A stretch of 64,000 bases of DNA, from NCBI GenBank assembly GCA_963761335.1, contig CAVXGR010000018.1, positions 768,001-832,000 of the forward strand. Direction: 5' to 3'. This document shows positions 57,953 through 64,000 of the stretch, one piece after another. The notes below the pieces were generated by a model that saw nothing but the letters and a program-made list of their open reading frames with translations, did no database searches and had not been told where the DNA came from. Source of the stretch: an uncultured delta proteobacterium (GTDB lineage Bacteria; Desulfobacterota; Binatia; HRBIN30; BPIQ01). Position numbers and translations under genes: made by a program. The first letter of the stretch is position 1. Each line of letters starts with the position of its first letter.

Positions 57953-59125
57953 ATGCGCGTTCTCTTCCTGACCTCGACCTATCCAATTCCACAGGATCCC
58001 GGCTGGGGGCCGTTCGTGCAGACAGTCGCGCGCGGTGTGGCCTTGCAGGGGTGCTCGGTTCGCGTCCTCATGTTTTCGCCCGATCACCATGAGCACCGCT
58101 ACGACGACGGCGACGGCGTCGAGGTCTACCTGTATCCGTACGTTCGCCGCCAGCCCGTGCGATTGCACCTCCATCAGGGCCTCATTCCCTCGGTGCGCCA
58201 CAGCTGGCTGGCTCGCCTGCAGGTTCCCGCCTATCTGCGCGCCTCGCGGCGGGGGCTCGAGCGACACCTCGATGAGTTCTCGCCCGACGTCGTGCATGCC
58301 CACTGGTACCTGCCGGCGGGATGGGTGGCGAGCCGCGTCGCCGAGAAGCGGCGCTGCAAGCTGGTGACGACTGCATGGGGAGCGGAGTTCCACCTTCCGG
58401 TGCGCTGGCCGTTCACCCGCCTTCTGCGAGGCGTGGATGCGCGCAGCGCCCGGACGGCAGCCGTGAGCCAGTACATGCGCACCCGTGCCCGCCTCTACGG
58501 GCTCGACACGGCGAAGATGGCGGTCGTGCCGAATGGCGTCGACACGAGCCGATTTCACCCGGGCGGCGGGCGGGCGCCGGGCGGCGATCGGTTCGTGATC
58601 GGAACGGCGCGGCGGCTGGTGCCGGAGAAACGGGTGGAGCACCTCATCGAGGCCGTCGCTCTTCTTCCAGGGGCGGTGCGCAGCCGCGTCGAGGTACGAA
58701 TCGCCGGCGATGGGCCCGACCGGCAGCGCCTCGAACGCTTGGCCGAGCAGCGCGGGCTCCACGGCCAGGTGTCCTTTCTGGGCCCGGTCGCCAACCGCGA
58801 CATGCCCGAGGTCCTCCGGGGGTTTGACGTGTTCGTCAACCCGAGCATCCAGGAAGGTATGGCCACGGCGAACCTGGAGGCGATGGCATGCGGAGTGGCG
58901 ATTCTCGCCTATCGGGGGGTCGGCAACGAGGAAGTGGTGGTGGACGGCGAAACCGGCTACCTGGTGCCGAGCCAGTCCATCGAGGCGCTGGCTGAGCGGC
59001 TGGCGGCGCTCGCCGCCGAAGCGGAGCAGGGCCGCCAGCTGGGACGGAGAGGGCGCGCCCTGGTCGAAGAACACTTCTCGCAAGACGCCGTGGGACGGGA
59101 GTACCTCGAGGTGTACGGGAAATGA
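57953..59125 (+). CDS. GT4 glycosyltransferase
   Basis: DVVHAHW, VPNGVD, RLVPEK and EGMATANLEAMACG. Confidence 0.9.
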   Translation: MRVLFLTSTYPIPQDPGWGPFVQTVARGVALQGCSVRVLMFSPDHHEHRYDDGDGVEVYLYPYVRRQPVRLHLHQGLIPSVRHSWLARLQVPAYLRASRRGLERHLDEFSPDVVHAHWYLPAGWVASRVAEKRRCKLVTTAWGAEFHLPVRWPFTRLLRGVDARSARTAAVSQYMRTRARLYGLDTAKMAVVPNGVDTSRFHPGGGRAPGGDRFVIGTARRLVPEKRVEHLIEAVALLPGAVRSRVEVRIAGDGPDRQRLERLAEQRGLHGQVSFLGPVANRDMPEVLRGFDVFVNPSIQEGMATANLEAMACGVAILAYRGVGNEEVVVDGETGYLVPSQSIEALAERLAALAAEAEQGRQLGRRGRALVEEHFSQDAVGREYLEVYGK

Positions 59126-59841
59126 TTCGCCCTCATGCGAACGACATCCGCAGCCGGCCAGGCGAACCGGTCGCTGCCGTCGCCACCGGCAGCGGGTTGG
59201 GCACTCCTGGTCGTCTCGGCACTTGCTATCGTCTCGAGGTCTTCCGGCGATGGGGCATCCGGCCGCTCGGCGGGCGCGCCATGGACATCGGCTGCTACGA
59301 CGGTCAGTTTCTCGCGCAGTTCCCCGACATCGAGCGCGTCGCCATCGATATGGATCCCCATCCTGCGGCCGATTACCCGTTCGTGCGCGGCGACGCCTGC
59401 GATCTCCCGTTTGCGTCGGACGCCTTCGACGATGTCTTCGCGTTCGAGGTGATCGAGCACGTCGGCGACCAGCGGCGCCTGCTGGCGGAGGCCGTGCGCG
59501 TTCTCAAGCCGGGCGGCCGGCTGGTTCTCTCGACTCCGCATCGCAGTTTCCGCGTCTGGCCTCCCATGCTGACCGGATGGGTTCATCGCCGCTGGGGGCA
59601 TCCGCGCGGATTCATGGGATACGGCGAAGAGGACCTCCGGCGGTGGCTTCCCCCAGGCGTGACGGTCACCTTCCGCCGCTGGGCCGGCGGCCGCTTCGCG
59701 CGATTCTACTTTCCGCTGCGGTTGGGGTGGGGCGTCGCTCCGCGGCTGACCAGTCGACTGGTCCGAGCGGCGGCGATGCGCGACGCCGGGGAAGATGCCC
59801 GCAAGCGGTCGTACCTGCTGTTTGCCTTCGTGCAGAAGTGA
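59122..59841 (+). CDS. Class I SAM-dependent methyltransferase
   Basis: MDIGC, GDACDLPF, EVIEHV and RVLKPGG. Confidence 0.88.
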   Translation: MIRPHANDIRSRPGEPVAAVATGSGLGTPGRLGTCYRLEVFRRWGIRPLGGRAMDIGCYDGQFLAQFPDIERVAIDMDPHPAADYPFVRGDACDLPFASDAFDDVFAFEVIEHVGDQRRLLAEAVRVLKPGGRLVLSTPHRSFRVWPPMLTGWVHRRWGHPRGFMGYGEEDLRRWLPPGVTVTFRRWAGGRFARFYFPLRLGWGVAPRLTSRLVRAAAMRDAGEDARKRSYLLFAFVQK

Positions 59842-59853
59842 GACACGAGACGG

Positions 59854-60957
59854 ATGGCGCGCCAGGTATTGCACGTGAGCACGACGCTCAACACCGGGGG
59901 TGCGCAGCGCGTCACCAGCACGCTCCTCCGGCATCTGAGTCGGCAGGTGGTGTCCTCACGTCTGTGCCTGGTGCGCAACGACATCGGCTTCGATGTCCCA
60001 GGAGACGTTTCCGTGCACTGTCTCGACCATCGAAGGCCCTGGGACTGGCCGCGCACCGTCTTTCGTCTCCGCCGGCTCATCGAGGACACCGCCCCGGATG
60101 TGGTGCTCAGCAACGTCAGTGCAACGAGCCTCCTCACCGGCCTGGCGCTGCTCTCCTGCCGTCGCCAGCCGGTGTGGATCGTCCGCATTGCCGGGAGCCC
60201 GGCGCATCACGACGGGCTGATCCGCACGCTCATCGCCAATCGCGTTTACCCGCGTGCCGATCGCTTCGTGGTCAACTCGCGCGGCTTGGGGGAGGGGCTC
60301 GCGCGCCGTCATCCGTTCACCGCAGGAAAGATCGACTGCCTTGCGAATCCCACCGATTTTTCCATGATTGATCGACTGGCCGCTGAGCCTCCGCCGCATC
60401 GCAAGGAGGGCGCGGGGCCGCTGGTGATCGCCGTGGGGCGCCTGTTCCCGCAGAAGCGCTACGACCTCCTGATCCGTGCCTTTGCGGCGGCGGGCGGCGA
60501 CAGCGGCGCGACCCTGTGGATCTGTGGCGATGGACCGCTGCGCCAGCCGCTGACCTCATTGATCGCCGACCTCCGACTGCAGGAGCGCGTTCGCCTTCTC
60601 GGGTTTTGCGAGAATCCGTTCGCACTCCTCCGGCAGGCGGATGTCTTCGTCATGACGAGTGATTGGGAGGGGCTGCCGAACGCCTTGATCGAGGCCCAGG
60701 GGCTCGGCATTCCCGCTGTCTCCACGCGTTGTCCGTATGGCCCGGAAGAGATCATCGAGGCGGAGCGGACGGGGATCCTGGTCCCGCCCGGTGACGTCGG
60801 AGCCATCGCCGCGGCCATGCGTCGATTGCTCGGCGACGCGACTCTTCGGGCGCAGATGGCCAGGGAAGCGCGAGCCCATGCTCGGGCGCATTTCGGCGTC
60901 GAGCTCCTGGCCGGCGCCTGGGAGAATCTGCTCGCCAATCAGCAGGCCAGCCGGTGA
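59854..60957 (+). CDS. GT4 glycosyltransferase (WabH/PglJ-like)
   Basis: GGAQRV, GRLFPQK, ENPF and EGLPNALIEA. Confidence 0.9.
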   Translation: MARQVLHVSTTLNTGGAQRVTSTLLRHLSRQVVSSRLCLVRNDIGFDVPGDVSVHCLDHRRPWDWPRTVFRLRRLIEDTAPDVVLSNVSATSLLTGLALLSCRRQPVWIVRIAGSPAHHDGLIRTLIANRVYPRADRFVVNSRGLGEGLARRHPFTAGKIDCLANPTDFSMIDRLAAEPPPHRKEGAGPLVIAVGRLFPQKRYDLLIRAFAAAGGDSGATLWICGDGPLRQPLTSLIADLRLQERVRLLGFCENPFALLRQADVFVMTSDWEGLPNALIEAQGLGIPAVSTRCPYGPEEIIEAERTGILVPPGDVGAIAAAMRRLLGDATLRAQMAREARAHARAHFGVELLAGAWENLLANQQASR

Positions 60958-61901
60958 CGAAAGTGGAGACCTCGCGCCTCATCGTCGAGCCTCCCTGGGA
61001 GATCCTGATCTGCCCGTACTGCGGCGCCGACCTGGTCCGCAGCGCCGGCGGAGCGCGGTGTCGGCCCTGTGCGGCGGAGTATTGCGCGGATGCGGATGGC
61101 GCCCTCGACCTGCGCTTGCAGCGGGCGAAGACCGTCGCCGTCGAGCATGAACTGGGAACCGATCTCTTCTCGCGCCAACACCCCGACTTCAGCCCTCTCG
61201 ACGCCAACCCGGAGATCCCGGTCGATTATGGCGGCGTCGAGGTGCCGGTCCATCTCACGCAGGCGATGCTGCGTCATCTGCCGGCGGCCCGTGGCGCCGG
61301 CGCCCGCCTCCTGGACCTCGGGTGCGGCAAGGGCGGCTATCGCCCGGTGGCCGAGCGGGCAGGGTATCAGTGGACGGGCGTGGACTTTCACGAGCCCGGC
61401 GCGCCGATTCATGCCGACGCGCACGCGCTGCCGTTTCGCGACGCCAGCTTCGACTTCATTCTGAGCCTGGCCATGCTCGAGCACGTGCGCTATCCGCTGA
61501 TCGTGTTGCGCGAGGCGCTGCGCGTGCTCAAGCCCGGCGGCGGCATGCTCGGGAGCGTGGCGTTCCTCGTGCCGTTTCACGGCGGCGGAAGCTACTACGA
61601 CATGACGCATCTGGGCATCTTCAACGGGCTCGCGGATGCGGGCTTTCAGGTGCAGCGCATTGCGCCGGACCCGCGATACAGCGGGCTGCGAGCGCTGTCT
61701 CACGCGGGTCTCTTCCTCGGCTCGCCGCGCCGGCTCGCTTACGCCTTGGTCCAGCCCCTGGAGCTGCTGCATCGGCTGTGGTGGCGGCTCCTTCGTCTCC
61801 GTGATCGCAGCTATACGCCGGAGAGTCGCCTTCGACACGTGGCTGGGGCGTTCATCTTCGTCGCCTCCCGCCCCGAGACCGCTCGTGATTCTGCGGGCTG
61901 A
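60954..61901 (+). CDS. Class I SAM methyltransferase with an N-terminal Trm112-like Zn ribbon
   Basis: ILICPYC...CRPC; LDLGCG, DAHALPF and LKPGG. Confidence 0.85.
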   Translation: MTKVETSRLIVEPPWEILICPYCGADLVRSAGGARCRPCAAEYCADADGALDLRLQRAKTVAVEHELGTDLFSRQHPDFSPLDANPEIPVDYGGVEVPVHLTQAMLRHLPAARGAGARLLDLGCGKGGYRPVAERAGYQWTGVDFHEPGAPIHADAHALPFRDASFDFILSLAMLEHVRYPLIVLREALRVLKPGGGMLGSVAFLVPFHGGGSYYDMTHLGIFNGLADAGFQVQRIAPDPRYSGLRALSHAGLFLGSPRRLAYALVQPLELLHRLWWRLLRLRDRSYTPESRLRHVAGAFIFVASRPETARDSAG

Positions 61902-61907
61902 CGACTC

Positions 61908-63257
61908 GTGCCTTTCCTGAGCTTCCGGAGGGGGCCGGCAAAGGGCGATCCCGCGAGCCCGCAGCGCCGCGTCTTGCGACACTCCGCCTGGCTGTTCGCG
62001 GCACAGGTGGTCACCGCCGTCCTGATGCTCGCGCAAGGCCTGATTCTCGCCAGAGCTCTCGGCGTTGCTCCGTACGGAGCCTGGGCGCTGGTCACCACCT
62101 ACGTCCTGACCGTGAACCAGTTCTTCGACTGTCGGGTATGGGAAGCTCTGATCAAGTTCGTGCCCGAGTATCGGGCGCGAGGGCAGGGAGGCAAGGTCAA
62201 CGCCACCGTCCGCCTCTGCTTCGCGGTGCAGGTGGTGACCGGCGTGGTGAGCTGTTTGGTCGCCGTGCTGACGGCCTCGCCGGCGGCCCGCTGGCTCCTG
62301 AAGGACCCCGGAAGTGCTCCGCTGTTTTCCCTCTTTGCCGCTTATGCGATCCTGAACATCCCCTATGAGCCGACGTCCGCACTGCTGCGCGTCGCCGACC
62401 AGTTCGACTCGTTGGCGATCCATCGCGTGGTGGTGGCCGGCGCCCGCACCGCGGCGATCATCGTCGTCTGGCTGGTCGGGCCGACGGTCACGCGCATGTT
62501 GATTGCGCACCTCGCCGGGACCGTGGCAGGGCTGCCGCTGCTCGCCGTGTACGGACGCCGCGCCGGCAGGCATCTGGGTCTCTCCCTCCGGAGCCGCGGC
62601 GAACCTCCGCTGACGCGGCGCGAGTATCTGGCTCAGGCACGCTTCATCGGCCTCACCAGCCTCATTGCCACCAGCCGGATCGTTTCCTCCAGGGCGGATA
62701 ACCTGGTGCTGGCGCTCTTTGCGACGCCGGCTGCGGTCGGCCTGTACGACGTCGCCCGCAGGGCGGTTCTCCAGCTCAACAGCCTCTCCGGCGCGCTGTA
62801 CGAGGCCATCTTCCCCGAGGTCTCCAGACTGGTGGCGACCGGGGCTTTGGATAACCTGCGTACCCTGATCAGACAGGTGTCGTTCACCGTGCTGGTGGCC
62901 GTCGTGCCCTTCTGCCTCGTGGTCACACTGGCGGCGCCGCATGTTGTCGTCGCGCTTTTCGGCGAGCCGTATCGCGCCGCCGCGCCCTTGCTCCAGATCC
63001 TGGTCTGGCAGCTGCTCTGGCTTCCGCTCCTCTGGTTCCCCGGCTTCCTGCTGACGACCGACCGCGCCGGCCTGTTGATGCGCCTCACGGGGCTCGATTC
63101 CCTCATTCTTCTGGTGCTGCTCGGGGTCCTCGTTCCCGCTCTCGGCGCCACCGGCGCCGCACTCTCGTCGACGGCGCACCAGCTCATCTGGTGCGGGTTG
63201 GTCCTCGCCCTGGTGCGCCGCGGTGGCGGCGCCGTCTCGCTTCAGCGGAGCGCCTGA
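61908..63257 (+). CDS. Wzx-type oligosaccharide flippase
   Basis: LARALG..YG, DNLVL..F..AVGLY and LFGEPY; about 12 TM helices. Confidence 0.85.
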   Translation: MPFLSFRRGPAKGDPASPQRRVLRHSAWLFAAQVVTAVLMLAQGLILARALGVAPYGAWALVTTYVLTVNQFFDCRVWEALIKFVPEYRARGQGGKVNATVRLCFAVQVVTGVVSCLVAVLTASPAARWLLKDPGSAPLFSLFAAYAILNIPYEPTSALLRVADQFDSLAIHRVVVAGARTAAIIVVWLVGPTVTRMLIAHLAGTVAGLPLLAVYGRRAGRHLGLSLRSRGEPPLTRREYLAQARFIGLTSLIATSRIVSSRADNLVLALFATPAAVGLYDVARRAVLQLNSLSGALYEAIFPEVSRLVATGALDNLRTLIRQVSFTVLVAVVPFCLVVTLAAPHVVVALFGEPYRAAAPLLQILVWQLLWLPLLWFPGFLLTTDRAGLLMRLTGLDSLILLVLLGVLVPALGATGAALSSTAHQLIWCGLVLALVRRGGGAVSLQRSA

Positions 63258-63263
63258 CGATCC

Positions 63264-64000
63264 ATGAGTATCCACGTGCAATTCATCTGGCGCGATCGCT
63301 GCCCGGTCTGTGCGTCGCAGGCCACCAGGCAGCTACTCAGCTGTCCCTTCACCGACGGGCGGGTGCGCGGCTTCCTCGATACCTATTACGAAGGAAGGGT
63401 TCCCGCGTCGACCCTTGGCGGGGCGAGCTTTGTCGTGGACGAGTGTCGGGAGTGCGGCCTGCTCTTCCAGCGGGAGATCCTCTCTCCGCCGGGTATGGAG
63501 ATGCTGTACGAGCACTGGATTTCAGCCGGCCAGAGCCTCGACAAGAAGCGATATGCCGACCTCGGCCTGTTCCTGGAGTACGCACGTCAGGTCGCCGCCA
63601 TTCCGCGGCTGTGCGGGCGGCCGCCGCACGAGATACGCGTCCTCGAGTACGGCGCGGGTTGGGGACACTGGTTGCGGATGGCTGACGCCTTTGGCTTCGA
63701 TGCAACGGGCATCGAGCTGTCCCGAGTGCGGGTGCAGTTCGCGCGGGGGAAGGGTCTCAAGATCATCGAGGATCTCGAGACGCAGGAGGACGAAACCTTC
63801 CACTACGTCTACTCCAACCAGACATTCGAGCACCTCTCCCATCCCCTCGAGGTGGCCCGGGAGCTGGCGAGAGTGCTGGCGCCGGGCGGTGTCCTGTACC
63901 TTCAGGTGCCGGATGGGCGGAGGATGCGGCGATGGCTGGCAGACCCCGCCTGGAAGGCGCGCAAGGATGCTCTCCACCCCTTGGAACACATCAATTGTTA
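63264..64000 (+). CDS. Class I SAM methyltransferase with Zn-binding N-terminus (3'-truncated; absent from the ORF track)
   Basis: Manual translation from ATG 63264: CPVC...CRECGL, VLEYGAGWG, QTFEHL, LAPGGVL and HPLEHIN; no stop before the window end. Confidence 0.85.
   Translation, partial: MSIHVQFIWRDRCPVCASQATRQLLSCPFTDGRVRGFLDTYYEGRVPASTLGGASFVVDECRECGLLFQREILSPPGMEMLYEHWISAGQSLDKKRYADLGLFLEYARQVAAIPRLCGRPPHEIRVLEYGAGWGHWLRMADAFGFDATGIELSRVRVQFARGKGLKIIEDLETQEDETFHYVYSNQTFEHLSHPLEVARELARVLAPGGVLYLQVPDGRRMRRWLADPAWKARKDALHPLEHINC

Overview
High-GC bacterial chromosomal window. The MYXO-CTERM-like tail, myxobacterial Cys-rich repeats and GDCD-type dockerin suggest a Myxococcota/Binatota-like diderm (inference). 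1-12.1 kb: exported proteins (malectin/B-lectin, large Tat lipoprotein, pentapeptide lipoprotein, MYXO-CTERM protein, c-type cytochrome). 12.1-32.3 kb: metabolic and housekeeping genes (internally deleted pcp, LLM oxidoreductase, amidohydrolase, ygfZ, an ECH/CoA-ligase operon bracketed by two desulforedoxin-like miniproteins, purN, orphan infC, gcvR-like, PBP1A, hybrid kinase, ptsP) with REP/MITE-like and octamer palindromic repeats between them. 32.5-51 kb, the most striking part: two lipoprotein scaffoldin-like proteins with 3 and 4 tandem cohesin domains, a dockerin-bearing protein directly downstream, and secreted modular proteins sharing two unrecognised Cys-rich domains, one encoded by near-identical ~1.3-kb repeats. 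No glycoside hydrolase is visible, so this looks like a non-cellulolytic, cellulosome-like surface assembly. 51-64 kb: a glycosylation locus (GT-C-like membrane proteins, GT2, GT4s, methyltransferases, flippases). No rRNA, tRNA, CRISPR array or transposase was recognised. All domain calls are by eye from motifs, not database searches.
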